Shown here: piece by piece, positions 1 to 9,032 of the stretch
Position numbering within the stretch: position 1 is the stretch's first letter
Layout of the letters: each line of letters starts with the position of its first letter
Origin: Nitrospinales bacterium
GTDB taxonomy: Bacteria > Nitrospinota > Nitrospinia > Nitrospinales > VA-1
NCBI GenBank assembly: GCA_965262115.1
Contig: OZ253496.1
Coordinates: 1,664,001-1,728,000, forward strand
DNA length: 64,000 nt
Direction of reading: 5' to 3'
The notes under the pieces: model-generated
What the model saw: the letters and a program-made list of their open reading frames with translations, nothing else
The model's database searches: none
Told to the model about the DNA's origin: nothing
Program-made: the position numbers and the translations under genes

Positions 1-134
1 AACCAAGGACGCCGCCATTGGAACCAGGGTTTCGGAAAACCACAATTCATGCTTGTTGAGGTTGAAAAAAAACAGGATGGGGTAAATATAGCCAGGATAA
101 AGAGATGGATCACCAGAGTTCTTTTTTCAGGCAT
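1..134 (-). pseudogene. 5' end of a membrane protein gene running off the window, apparently frameshifted
   Basis: ATG at 134 overlaps the stop of the upstream methyltransferase. It reads MPEKRTLVIHLFILAI; the hydrophobic continuation YPILFFFNLNKHELW lies in another frame (GCTATATTTACCCC looks like a 2-nt AT insertion). Confidence 0.35.
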
Positions 135-1512
135 GGCTCTTATTTTTCATGAGATAAAGGGTTCGTTCAGAATCGCCGACTTTTTCAGACTTTATGATAT
201 TGAAAAACTGGAGGAATTCGCTTTCAAACGCTTCCTGCGTATAGTCGGGAAAGATGTCTTCCCTCGAGGCCAGTAGTTTTTGCGCCATCGGGTCTGACTT
301 TGGAACAAATTCGATGATCAGAGATCGACAGGTGTTTCTGAAAAACCCGGCTATCTTAGCCAACGGAACATTGTTGGATATGGCCAGATGATGGATCAGA
401 GCTAAGGCGAGTATGGTTTCTGTCGGCCCTCTTTCCTGAAGGGACATTCTTTCTTTATTCTCCCACCCAATACTAGGGCTGGGGTTGTTGAGATCAACCC
501 ATAGGGGAAGCAGATTTTTCTCTCCATTTTTCAGCGTTTGAAGATAACTGGTCTCAACACAACCGGGGTCGGTGTCCATTGAAATCGTGGTTATGCCTCG
601 GTCACTTGCAATCCTGCTGAAAACTCCTGTGTTGGCTCCCAAATCCCAAACGGTACCGGGTTTTAAAAAGTCCAGATAGCCTGCCACCTGTTTGATTTTT
701 TGCTCCAAAAATTTTGGGACATGGGCACATTCGCTGTAATAGTTTACCCATTCGCTTTTCCCAGGTCTCCAATACATATTTTTAATGGCAGATTCCAAAC
801 TATCTGTTAGTCCAAGAAGGGACTTTCTACTCATGGTCTGGTTGCTGGCAGCTGTTGAAGCTTGCTCGACATGTTTTGTTTGGTATCTGGCATGCAAATG
901 AATATGCGTTGCCAAATGAAAATTGAAGTACGTCCTTCCAGGAAGTAACGATGAAACCAAGTCCAGTGGGATGCCGCTAATATATTCGCGTAACATCCGT
1001 CCGAGACTTATGTCCTTATAACTCATCAACGCCAGAGGGCCGAGAAAGTTTTCGCAGAACTGTTTGTAACCAGCCCAAGGTTCCCCCTCTTGATACTTTT
1101 CAAAAGAAAGAGTGTCGATCAATATAGGTTGTCCCTGGTAGAATTGGATGTTGTAAGCATTGGCATCCTTGAGAATCATGCCATGACTCAAGGTACGCTT
1201 TAAAATAGTCAGGGTTAGCAGAGCAGCATTTTTAAACTGAGTGAAACACCATTCGTAGGGATAGGATATAAATGGAATAGGCTCTGGTCGAATAGTCTGA
1301 TAGCCATCAGAAAAGGGAAAGTGGCTCGCGTCAACAGTTTCATGAGGGATCAATAATCTTTTGTTACGGAGCTTTTCATATAGCCCCGATTCTAAAAAAT
1401 AATCAAAATTTTCTTTATAAACTGGATTGATTTGACGGTAACAGACTCCTTCCCAATAAAAAACAAAGCCGCTTGGGTCACGAAAGGAACTGTTCTCAGT
1501 TTCTGGGATCAT
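127..1512 (-). CDS. Kinase-like N-terminal domain fused to a class I SAM-dependent methyltransferase
   Basis: C-terminal WDLGANTG SAM-binding motif, ALALIHHL and IEFVP; N-terminal SFRDPSG and LKDANAYN...LID motifs. ATG at 1512 chosen over the longer ORF start at 1533. Confidence 0.75.
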   Translation of the reverse strand: MIPETENSSFRDPSGFVFYWEGVCYRQINPVYKENFDYFLESGLYEKLRNKRLLIPHETVDASHFPFSDGYQTIRPEPIPFISYPYEWCFTQFKNAALLTLTILKRTLSHGMILKDANAYNIQFYQGQPILIDTLSFEKYQEGEPWAGYKQFCENFLGPLALMSYKDISLGRMLREYISGIPLDLVSSLLPGRTYFNFHLATHIHLHARYQTKHVEQASTAASNQTMSRKSLLGLTDSLESAIKNMYWRPGKSEWVNYYSECAHVPKFLEQKIKQVAGYLDFLKPGTVWDLGANTGVFSRIASDRGITTISMDTDPGCVETSYLQTLKNGEKNLLPLWVDLNNPSPSIGWENKERMSLQERGPTETILALALIHHLAISNNVPLAKIAGFFRNTCRSLIIEFVPKSDPMAQKLLASREDIFPDYTQEAFESEFLQFFNIIKSEKVGDSERTLYLMKNKSHA

Positions 1513-1732
1513 TTGTGTTGTTTTTGCCAACAAGATTCTTTACAAAGCTTTTAAATTTTCCCCAATAGATTTTCAAGGTGAAAAGAAATCCGAGGAGGCT
1601 CGCAATTAAGAGATGCAAAACCATGCTGCCGGTTCCAGGGTCAAAATAGGCGTGCACATCAGGAGTCCAGCCCAAAAGACAAATTAAGGTGAGAAAAAGA
1701 ACCAATGATTTTTTTGGGTGGGTACGAAGCAT
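1496..1732 (-). CDS. Small membrane protein with AYFDPGTGS motif
   Basis: Signal-like hydrophobic stretch, YxDPGTGS, second transmembrane helix and basic tail; overlaps the start of the downstream methyltransferase. Confidence 0.7.
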   Translation of the reverse strand: MLRTHPKKSLVLFLTLICLLGWTPDVHAYFDPGTGSMVLHLLIASLLGFLFTLKIYWGKFKSFVKNLVGKNNTNDPRN

Positions 1733-1932
1733 GCGTTTTCCTTTTTTAGGTACAGCTTGTGAGGTTTCCGGTCTTCGGCAATAGGTTACACGTGGCTCAT
1801 ATCTTCCAGGATTTTACTGACTTACTCAGCTTAACGGGTTTATTTCCGCCAACCTTTATACATTATTGGGCCAAACACCTCAAAAATCCAGGCATATGCA
1901 CTTGAAGGGAAGGAGATACACAGCCTCCACGC

Positions 1933-2145
1933 CTAGTTGGGGGTCCAACCGCCATCCGGTCCGCAACGGATGCAACGAACACTTTGGAAGATTTCATCCC
2001 AATCCGCATCGGTGGCAATATAATCCAGGACGCATCGCAGGGCCTTGTCTTTATCTTCCAGCTTGTATTTTTTTGTGGCATACTCCAGCATTCTTACCAG
2101 ATCTTCCTGAATCTGGAACTCGACCCCGATTTTTTCACCTGCCAT
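1933..2145 (-). CDS. Small hypothetical protein (70 aa, C-terminal RCIRC)
   Basis: ATG start with AAAGGA Shine-Dalgarno upstream; protein-like composition and a CxxC motif. Confidence 0.65.
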   Translation of the reverse strand: MAGEKIGVEFQIQEDLVRMLEYATKKYKLEDKDKALRCVLDYIATDADWDEIFQSVRCIRCGPDGGWTPN

Positions 2146-2254
2146 ATTTATGATCCTTTCAAAAATCTATTTTGTTTGATATGAGTCTGTACACCGACTG
2201 GCTTGTTCGAATTTGTGTGACTGCAGAACTTTCTTAGTTTCCCGGGCCAGGGTT

Positions 2255-2340
2255 CTCAGTCATCTTCGTCAAGATTGTGCCGGAGAGGTTGGCTCCTGTC
2301 AATATGGCCTCTCGAAGGATCGATCTCGCAAATTCGGCTC
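2255..2340 (-). pseudogene. Pentapeptide-repeat gene fragment
   Basis: Minus strand reads AEFARSILREAILTGANLSGTILT (A-x-L-x-x periodicity) without an intact ORF. Confidence 0.4.
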
Positions 2341-2389
2341 TATCCCCTACCGGACGTGGCCCGGTTTTTCACTGCCTCGACGGCGAGTC

Positions 2390-2481
2390 GTGGTTTTCAT
2401 CGGCCCTGCGCCGAGCAGTGGTTTTCATCGGCCCTGCGCCGAGCAGTGGTTTTCATCGGCCCTGCGCCGAGCAGTGGTTTT
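2390..2481. repeat. Tandem repeat, 3.3 x 28 bp (GTGGTTTTCATCGGCCCTGCGCCGAGCA)
   Basis: Identical copies at 2390, 2418 and 2446 plus a partial copy at 2474; each holds a TCGGC-CCTGC-GCCGA hairpin; no spacers. Confidence 0.95.
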
Positions 2482-2503
2482 AGTTCGCCCCTCCGCGTAG
2501 GAG

Positions 2504-2549
2504 TGGAGCCAGCGGGCGGAATTGAACCGCCGACCTACTGATTACGAAT
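2504..2549 (-). other. 3' half of tRNA-Thr(CGT); probable att site of an integrated element
   Basis: Minus strand ATTCGTAATCAG-TAGGTC-GGCGGTTCAATTCCGCC-CGCTGGC-TCCA gives anticodon loop, T-arm, acceptor 3' strand and CCA. The D-arm and 5' half are absent. Confidence 0.85.
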
Positions 2550-2749
2550 TACAAATTGGCGTTTTTAGGAAGTTTTTGATTTCAGGCTGGCTTCCTCTAT
2601 CTGTTTATTTTTTCAAGGTTTTTAGTAAACCATTATTTCCGCCAATTCCGTTAAATCTGCTCCGGTAGGAAATTTCTATCATAAATTTATCATAGTCAAG
2701 GTCGGCTTCCGTCCTACTGGCTTTTCAATATAGGCCGCTGATTTCACCA

Positions 2750-3226
2750 CTATAGGGAAAGCTTGTGCCATGGACATTTAGATGGTTTTTTTTTATTTAA
2801 TTTTGGCTTCAAGTCATCATAAAGTGTCCTTTCATGGCAACGAGGACAATTGGCTGGTCTACTGGATTTTGATTCAGGATCAATAAGATACTTTTTCCAA
2901 CCCAAATATAAATTTAATGGATTTAGGTTTTCGTTCTTACAATCTTTGTTTATAGATCGTCCCCCTGAATGATGGCCGGTTCCTCCACCGTAAAAACCAA
3001 ACATGTCAGCAATCAGGTCGCCAATTCTTGTGGCAAACCGTTCACTTTTTCCAGTGTTTCCTCCAACATATAAAATTTTATTTGTTATTTTGGGCTCTCC
3101 TCGCCATTTCTCTTTAGAAACCACGTATACACCATTATCTTTCGCAGGCCATTCTTGAGATTTATTCATGCAATTCTCTAATAAAACTTTTACTTTAAAA
3201 GGACCTATCCATTGGGGGCTCGGCAT
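2750..3226 (-). CDS. GIY-YIG-like nuclease-domain protein
   Basis: GVY...LYVG, downstream Arg, CPRCHE with candidate Glu and PKLN; AT-rich relative to the flanks. Confidence 0.6.
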   Translation of the reverse strand: MPSPQWIGPFKVKVLLENCMNKSQEWPAKDNGVYVVSKEKWRGEPKITNKILYVGGNTGKSERFATRIGDLIADMFGFYGGGTGHHSGGRSINKDCKNENLNPLNLYLGWKKYLIDPESKSSRPANCPRCHERTLYDDLKPKLNKKKPSKCPWHKLSL

Positions 3227-3374
3227 AACAATTCTGAGGCAAAGATTTATATTTTGTGGAGATTTCCATTATAGTTACTATCAAGTCCTAACTATATAAA
3301 AATAGGAATTGATCTTCCCCTGAATTGGTGGACACATCGAAAAGTGTGGATAATACACTTTTGGAGGTGTTTTT

Positions 3375-3709
3375 ATGGGAACCAAACGCAGGAGTTTCAG
3401 TAAAGAATTCAAGTTAGAAGCGGTTCGATTGGTTATTGAAGTAGGCGATAGCATTGCCCGGGTGTCCCGGGATCTGGGAATCCGTTCTGCCCTTCTGGGT
3501 CGCTGGAAACAGGAGTATGAGGAGGATCAGGGGAATGCGTTTCCCGGCAAAGGACAGCTTAAGCCGGGAGATGAGTTGCAGCAGTTGCGGCGAGAAAACG
3601 CTCGCCTTCGTATGGAGCGGGACATATTAAAAAAGGCGGCAGTTATCTTTGTGATGTCCTCTTCATTTGTCTTCATGCCCCGAAGGGGTACTCGAAGGGT
3701 TCCCAATGA
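3375..3709 (+). pseudogene. IS3 OrfA (HTH), interrupted by a 41-bp micro-element
   Basis: RRSFSKEFKLEAV...ILKKA. Removing 3650-3690 restores ...VIFSKGSQ* (97 aa) with an ATGA overlap to orfB. Confidence 0.85.
3650..3690 (+). mobile_element. 40-bp micro-element (family B) inserted in IS3 orfA
   Basis: TGTGAT...CTTCATGCCCCGAAGGGGTA; precise removal restores orfA. Confidence 0.85.
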
Positions 3710-4569
3710 GATATCGGTTTATACGGGATCATCGAGAAGCATTTCCGGTAAGCCCGATGTGCCGGGTTCTGGAAGTGGGACGAAGTGGGTTCTATGCCTG
3801 GCTGAGCCGCCCCGAGAGCCTGAGGAGCCGTGAGAAGCAGCGATGGGTTGATGAGATCAAAACCGTTTATAAGAAGAGTCGCCAGACTTATGGCAGTCCC
3901 AGAATTCATGAGGACTTGAAAGACAAGGGATATGCCATTGGCAGGCATCGTATTGCCTGTCTTATGCGCGAGCATGGAATCGTTGCCAAGCACAAAAGAA
4001 AGTTCAGGGTGACAACCGATTCCAAACATAATCACCCGGTGGCAAAAAACAAACTGCAACGGCGGTTTAATGTTGCTGAGCCCGGTCAATGCTGGGTTTC
4101 GGATATCACCTATATCCCGACTCAAGAGGGCTGGTTATACCTTGCGGTGACGCTGGATTTATTCCACCGTAAAGTTATTGGTTGGGCCATGGATCGTTGG
4201 ATAACCCGTTGGTTGGTAATGAGAGCTTTAAATATGGCAATGAAGAACGGCGGCATGAAACCGGGATTGATTCACCATTCTGACCGGGGGGTTCAATATG
4301 CCTGCAACGATTTTCAAGCCTTGCTCAATGTTCATGGGATAGAGTGCAGTATGAGCCGGAAGGGCGATTGCTGGGATAACGCCGTGGCGGAGAGTTTTTT
4401 CCATACTCTCAAAGTGGAACTCATTCATAACCGGAACTACAAAACCCGTCAGCAAGCAAAGAAGGATATTTTTGAATATATCGAAGTGTTTTATAATCGG
4501 CAACGCCGTCACTAATATCTCGGCTATCTCAGCCCTGCCGAATTCGAGAAACAGGCCTATGCCTCTTAA
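3706..4569 (+). pseudogene. IS3 OrfB (DDE integrase core) with premature stop
   Basis: WVSDITY, HSDRG and DNAVAESFF motifs; RRH*YLGYLSP has TAA at 4513-4515 where Ser is expected, and the frame continues to TAA at 4569. Confidence 0.9.
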
Positions 4570-4599
4570 CTAACTGTCCACTAAAACAGGGGAAGATCA

Positions 4600-4637
4600 T
4601 CTCGCTTTTCTGCTTTATAGACTTACGCAAAGGTCTC
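4600..4637. mobile_element. Right half of a family A MITE, truncated by the IS3 end
   Basis: Identical to 54011-54048 (TCTCGCTTTTCTGCTTTATAGACTTACGCAAAGGTCTC). Confidence 0.85.
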
Positions 4638-4727
4638 CCTTTAACCGGAGCGGTTAAAAAAGAACTGGTATTTAATAAACATCTGTTTTATAATGGGGTA
4701 TACTTTAGCGATTTAGCCGTCTAGAGA

Positions 4728-4755
4728 ATGACAGGTGTTTTGCCAGAACTATAAT
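4728..4755 (+). promoter_or_regulatory. Putative sigma70 promoter of the DEAD-box helicase
   Basis: ATGACA-16 nt-TATAAT about 185 nt upstream of the likely start codon. Confidence 0.3.
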
Positions 4756-4940
4756 GTTTTGGTTGAGTAGCCTCCCGGAACCGCCGGTTGTCTGATTTTT
4801 CTCCCCTCGTTTTCTCATTTAAGCTCAAATCCTCTTTTATCAATTATAGCTCAAAGTTCTCTAGTATAGACTTTGAGCGCCATCTAATGGATTGGCCGAT
4901 GCTCCTATTTCGGAGTCTGCCATTCTCTAAAAGGAAAAAC

Positions 4941-6269
4941 ATGTTAATGGAATCAACAACCGTGGGCTTTGACGCCCTCAATCTTGCCGACCCTATTTGC
5001 CGCGCTGTTCGTGGTGAGAAGTATGACACTCCCACCCCGATTCAGCAGCAGGCTATCCCGCATCTTTTGCAAGGCCGGGATCTTTTGGGGTGCGCGCAAA
5101 CCGGAACGGGAAAAACAGCAGCCTTTGCATTACCCATTTTGCATCACTTGTCCGAGGGGCGTCAAGCTCCCGGATCCAAAGGCGCACGCGCGCTGGTGCT
5201 CACCCCCACCCGGGAACTGGCTGCGCAGATCAGTGACAGCTTTCGGGTTTATGGTCGGCATTTAAATTTAAAGCAGGCACTGGTGTATGGCGGGGTGAGT
5301 CCGAAACCGCAAATCACTGCCTTAAGGCGGGGAGTGGATATTTTGGTAGCCACTCCGGGCAGACTGATCGACCTGTATCAGCAGGGATGCCTTCGTCTGG
5401 ATAAAATAGAGGTGCTTGTCCTTGATGAGGCAGATCGCATGCTGGATATGGGTTTCCTGCCTGATATCAAAAAAATTTACGGGATGACACCGGGCAACCG
5501 TCAGTCGATGCTGTTTTCCGCCACGCTCCCTGATGATATTCTGCGCCTGACAAAGCATTTCCTCAAAGACCCAGTGCGGGTCTCTGTGAATCCCCCAGCC
5601 AGCACCGTGGATCGAATAGATCAGCGTGTTTTGTTTGTGGATCGCGAAAATAAAGGAGCTTTGCTGGAATCTGTGTTACAGGGAGATGGCATCGATAGAG
5701 CACTGGTGTTTTCGCGTACCAAGCATGGGGCGAATCGAATTGTCAAGAATCTGAGCAAGGCCAAAATCAAGGCGGATACGATTCATGGAAATAAATCACA
5801 AGCGGCGCGTATGGAAGCGTTGAGAAAGTTTCGTGCCGGGAAAGTCCGTGTACTGGTGGCGACCGATATCGCATCGCGGGGTTTGGATGTGGAAGGAATC
5901 ACCCATGTCATCAACTATGAGCTCCCCAATGAGGCCGAGAGTTATGTTCACCGCGTCGGCAGAACGGCCAGGGCGGGGGCGGTGGGTGTTGCCCTTTCTT
6001 TTTGTGATGCCGGAGAAAGAGGCTATCTGCACAATATTGAGAGAACCATTAACAGGACGGTGACCGTGGTGGCAGATCATCCTTATCATTCGGAATCCGT
6101 TGCCTCAAGGCCAAAACGTGGGAATACAGCGGGAAGAAAATTTTCATCCAGGCGCAATTCTAATTCCTATGGAAAACCGGGAAAAAACCAAAACAGGAAA
6201 AAATATTTTTCAGCAAAACCTGGAAAAAGGACCCGGAGCCGTAGTTCCCGGTCAGCGGTGAGCGGTTAA
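4941..6269 (+). CDS. rhlE: DEAD-box ATP-dependent RNA helicase (RhlE-like)
   Basis: Q motif PTPIQ, AQTGTGKT, PTRELA, DEAD, SAT, HRVGRTAR and a basic C-terminal tail; AAGGA Shine-Dalgarno before ATG 4941. Confidence 0.9.
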   Translation: MLMESTTVGFDALNLADPICRAVRGEKYDTPTPIQQQAIPHLLQGRDLLGCAQTGTGKTAAFALPILHHLSEGRQAPGSKGARALVLTPTRELAAQISDSFRVYGRHLNLKQALVYGGVSPKPQITALRRGVDILVATPGRLIDLYQQGCLRLDKIEVLVLDEADRMLDMGFLPDIKKIYGMTPGNRQSMLFSATLPDDILRLTKHFLKDPVRVSVNPPASTVDRIDQRVLFVDRENKGALLESVLQGDGIDRALVFSRTKHGANRIVKNLSKAKIKADTIHGNKSQAARMEALRKFRAGKVRVLVATDIASRGLDVEGITHVINYELPNEAESYVHRVGRTARAGAVGVALSFCDAGERGYLHNIERTINRTVTVVADHPYHSESVASRPKRGNTAGRKFSSRRNSNSYGKPGKNQNRKKYFSAKPGKRTRSRSSRSAVSG

Positions 6270-6295
6270 AGTACCGGGGGACTTTTAATTTTCGC

Positions 6296-6475
6296 CTCAC
6301 AGACCAGCGCCACGCTGGCACCTGGTGCGGAGAACCTCCGCCCACTAGCCGTGGGGGCAACTAGCAATGATCTATCACTCGAACAACAATACTCTCGGCC
6401 CAATAGGCTATTATTCTTTGGGTCCAGCGCCACGCTGGCCTGTGGTGTTTTCCTCCATGCCTCAGAGCAATAGAT
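6296..6475. repeat. Modular palindromic intergenic repeat (family C)
   Basis: CCAGCGCCACGCTGG twice, GGGGGCAACTAGCAA and CTCTCGGCCC modules shared with 22257, 55595 and 63460. Confidence 0.75.
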
Positions 6476-6480
6476 TTTTT

Positions 6481-6600
6481 TACCCCTGCGGGGCACATGT
6501 AATATTTCTTAATTTGCCTTCATGCCCGGAACGGGTAAAAGTTTAGGAAGTACCCGTGCCGGGCATGAAGTTTAACGAAAAGGACATCACAAATATCACG
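6481..6600. mobile_element. Triple-nested family B micro-elements
   Basis: Outer copy (6481-6497 + 6538-6550 + 6592-6600) interrupted by full copies at 6498-6537 and 6551-6591 in opposite orientations. Confidence 0.8.
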
Positions 6601-6867
6601 CCCAACGGGTGTGACCCGGTTCCTCAAACCAGGTGTCTGTCGCCCATATCCTCTTTTCAGATAAGCAGTTAAAGTTTTTGCAATATTTTCTATGAAGAAG
6701 TCCGTGCGAGCGATTAGAATAGGGGAGCCTGTTAAGGCCTTCTTTGCTTTCACTCCAATCAGGTAATGGATGATGTTTAAATTTATGGTGTGGTTTTCGG
6801 TGATTGTCACCGTAGGTTTTATAGTGTTGTTGGTGTTTGATTACGGTTAAGGTTTACCAAAAAGAAC

Positions 6868-7377
6868 ATGAAGTTATCCCTGTCTTTGATCAAGGCATTT
6901 CTGATTTTTCCGGTGAATGTGATGGGGGTGATTCCTGCCCTTCTGATCTGGTGTTCGCGGCCCGGCGGGGTGCTCGAACATTTCCCATATAGTTTTAATA
7001 GTTTTAGGTCGTTGGCTGGCATTTTGTTGATCGGTGCAGGAGCCGGACTGTGCTGGAAAACGGTTTCCCTGTTCACCGAGGTGGGTGAAGGCACCCCGGC
7101 TCCGTTTGATCCGCCCAGAAAATTGGTGATCCAGGGGCCGTATGTTCATGTGCGCAATCCCATGATGGTTGGGGTCTGGCTGGTTTTGTTGGGAGAGGCC
7201 TTAGCTTTTGGTTCGGTTCCCTTGGTGGTATGGTTTTTGGTCTTTTGTGGGCTGTGCCTGATTCTCATTCCGGTTTGGGAAGAGCCTGATCTGGAAAACA
7301 GGTTTGGCGAACCTTATCGGGAATACAAACGCAAGGTGCCCCGCTGGCTCCTTCACAGGAGAGGCGACCGGCAATAG
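6868..7377 (+). CDS. Isoprenylcysteine carboxyl methyltransferase / PEMT family membrane protein
   Basis: GTPAPFDPP, LVIQGPYVHVRNPM, EE..L..RFG..Y..Y...VPRW signature. Confidence 0.88.
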   Translation: MKLSLSLIKAFLIFPVNVMGVIPALLIWCSRPGGVLEHFPYSFNSFRSLAGILLIGAGAGLCWKTVSLFTEVGEGTPAPFDPPRKLVIQGPYVHVRNPMMVGVWLVLLGEALAFGSVPLVVWFLVFCGLCLILIPVWEEPDLENRFGEPYREYKRKVPRWLLHRRGDRQ

Positions 7378-7437
7378 CTCGTCGGGCTACCAGAAGTTAT
7401 CTCGGCAGAACACCACGGGGTTGGCCCGGATTTTTTT

Positions 7438-7605
7438 ATGAGTGATGACGAAGAAAAATACGGATTGATGGACTGGATTGGTACCGCGATTGGAATCGTG
7501 GTGGCCGGGTTCATCATTTTTATTTTGATCTGGCCCTTGATCGATCCCACACCGGACAAATCTTCTTCGCTAAAAGAAAATATTCACAAGGCCACCGGGA
7601 GATAG
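7438..7605 (+). CDS. Small single-pass membrane protein (55 aa, below the ORF track cutoff)
   Basis: MSDDEEKYGLMDWIGTAIGIVVAGFIIFILIWPLIDPTP...; fills the gap and ends 6 nt from the convergent gene. Confidence 0.55.
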   Translation: MSDDEEKYGLMDWIGTAIGIVVAGFIIFILIWPLIDPTPDKSSSLKENIHKATGR

Positions 7606-7611
7606 CGGTTT

Positions 7612-8343
7612 TCAGTCGAACGGGGGCTGGGTTTTGCGTTTGTAGTCTTTGTCGGTCATATCCATTCGGCCTTTTATGAAAGCCAGCTTTCTTTCAGCTA
7701 TGGCAATGGCCTGATCATTAATAGTTTCTGCTCCCAGTCGTCTGGAGATTTCAATTTCTTCAATAGCCCTTTCCCAGTCTTTCAATTTTTCGTACACACT
7801 TATTAAATTCAGATGGGTCTGCATGTGGTTTGGCTCGATAGCGAGTATTTTCTGATAGTATTCGGCCGCTTCCTTGATTTTCTGGTCGTACCAGTGTTCC
7901 AATGCGATTTTGAAAAGAAGTTCTGTATCATCCGGTTTGAGGGATTCAGCCTTTAAGAATTCTGTCACGGCCAGATCGTTCCGGGTCATTTTCGAATAAA
8001 CTTCTCCCAACCCCAATCGGGCCGGTAAATTTTCGGGTTCCATCTCAAGGGCTTTTTTAAAAGACTCAATCGCCTCATCTCTCTGATCCGCTTCACTATA
8101 GACCAATCCCATCCGGTAATAGGTGACCACCGATTCAGGGTCCAACTCTAGCACCCGGCGCAGAATTTCTATGGCTTCGTCATAAGCTCCAATTCTTTGT
8201 TTTTCAGTGGCGCTTAGGATCAGTTCCCGGGGATTTTGAGATTGGGAAGAGGGGTCGTTATTTTCCCCACAACCCAGGGACAACAGTAAAAAGGCAAAGG
8301 CGATGGTTGTGCGGCCCAAAACTTTTGGCGAAAAAACAAACAC
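7612..8343 (-). CDS. TPR-repeat lipoprotein
   Basis: Lipobox-like LSLGC and several TPR helices (A...F..AL...P). Confidence 0.85.
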   Translation of the reverse strand: MFVFSPKVLGRTTIAFAFLLLSLGCGENNDPSSQSQNPRELILSATEKQRIGAYDEAIEILRRVLELDPESVVTYYRMGLVYSEADQRDEAIESFKKALEMEPENLPARLGLGEVYSKMTRNDLAVTEFLKAESLKPDDTELLFKIALEHWYDQKIKEAAEYYQKILAIEPNHMQTHLNLISVYEKLKDWERAIEEIEISRRLGAETINDQAIAIAERKLAFIKGRMDMTDKDYKRKTQPPFD

Positions 8344-8566
8344 GGGGTTTTAGTCCTTTATAATGAGTTACTTCCCCTTCTACCTGATCCAGACGGATTT
8401 GGCAAGCAACTCCATTGGGCGATGAACAGATGCTTTAATAATGAGGTAAGGTTTATTATAATTACGGAGTTGGGATTCGGGCTGTAGCCCATAAACCCTC
8501 CGGATAAATTTTTCGTGGGATACGCAGGTGTTTTAAAAGATGCCTTTAATAGAATAGGAAAAGACA

Positions 8567-8803
8567 ATGTCAGATGAACTTTCATATATAGAGAATGAAG
8601 AAGGGGGATTTGCAATTCCCTGCCAGATTAAAATCGCTGAAGATTGCGTGCAGGTGGGGGAATTTTGTGAAAGCAAAGAAGAAGCGTGTCACTGGGTAGA
8701 AGAGGAATGCTGGATTTCTTCCGGGGAAGGGTATTTCTGCCTGCAATGCAATGAACAGATTATGCGTAACATCGCTAAACTGGAAACCAAAAAGATGAAC
8801 TAA
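8567..8803 (+). CDS. Small acidic Cys-rich hypothetical protein (possible metal binding)
   Basis: AGGA Shine-Dalgarno; 7 Cys including CLQC. Confidence 0.65.
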   Translation: MSDELSYIENEEGGFAIPCQIKIAEDCVQVGEFCESKEEACHWVEEECWISSGEGYFCLQCNEQIMRNIAKLETKKMN

Positions 8804-9030
8804 CCACTAGGCGTGGAGCCAGTGGGGCGGTGACGCTATTACCCCTGCGGGGCATGAAGGTAAATGAAGGGATATAACACGTGACCGCAAAAAACGTGGG
8901 TCCGGTGGTCATGGTATTTTTCCTTAGCCTTTGTGCCTCGAAGGGGTAAATGAGCAATAGCTTGTGGAGCAAAGAAGTGATTGAGGGCAAGTTAAAGACA
9001 TTGCAATTTACCAGCGGAGGTACTCCGCTT
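8804..9030. repeat. Family C repeat cluster containing two family B copies (8840-8879, 8910-8948)
   Basis: TACCCCTGCGGGGCATGAAG...ATAACA and ...TGTGCCTCGAAGGGGTA; ACCAGCGGAGGT-CTCCGC module shared with about 41813. Confidence 0.75.
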
Positions 9031-9032
9031 CT

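Larger units (their letters stand above)
3310..4599 (+). mobile_element. IS3-family insertion sequence (inactivated)
   Basis: 25-bp imperfect TIRs TGATCTTCCCCTGAATTGGTGGACA / TGATCTTCCCCTGTTTTAGTGGACA (TG...CA ends), orfA/orfB organisation, A6G slippery site at 3629-3635; no flanking TSD. Confidence 0.95.

Noticed and set aside
2390..2481. CRISPR array
   Set aside because: The 28-bp units are directly adjacent with no unique spacers, and there are no cas genes in the window.
2504..2580. Intact tRNA-Thr gene
   Set aside because: Similarity stops in the anticodon arm at 2549; no D-arm or 5' acceptor strand.
4513..4515. Programmed stop-codon readthrough in IS3 orfB or in the diguanylate cyclase
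   Set aside because: Both are TAA codons one substitution from the expected sense codon, and TAA is the normal stop of many genes here; simple nonsense mutation is more parsimonious.
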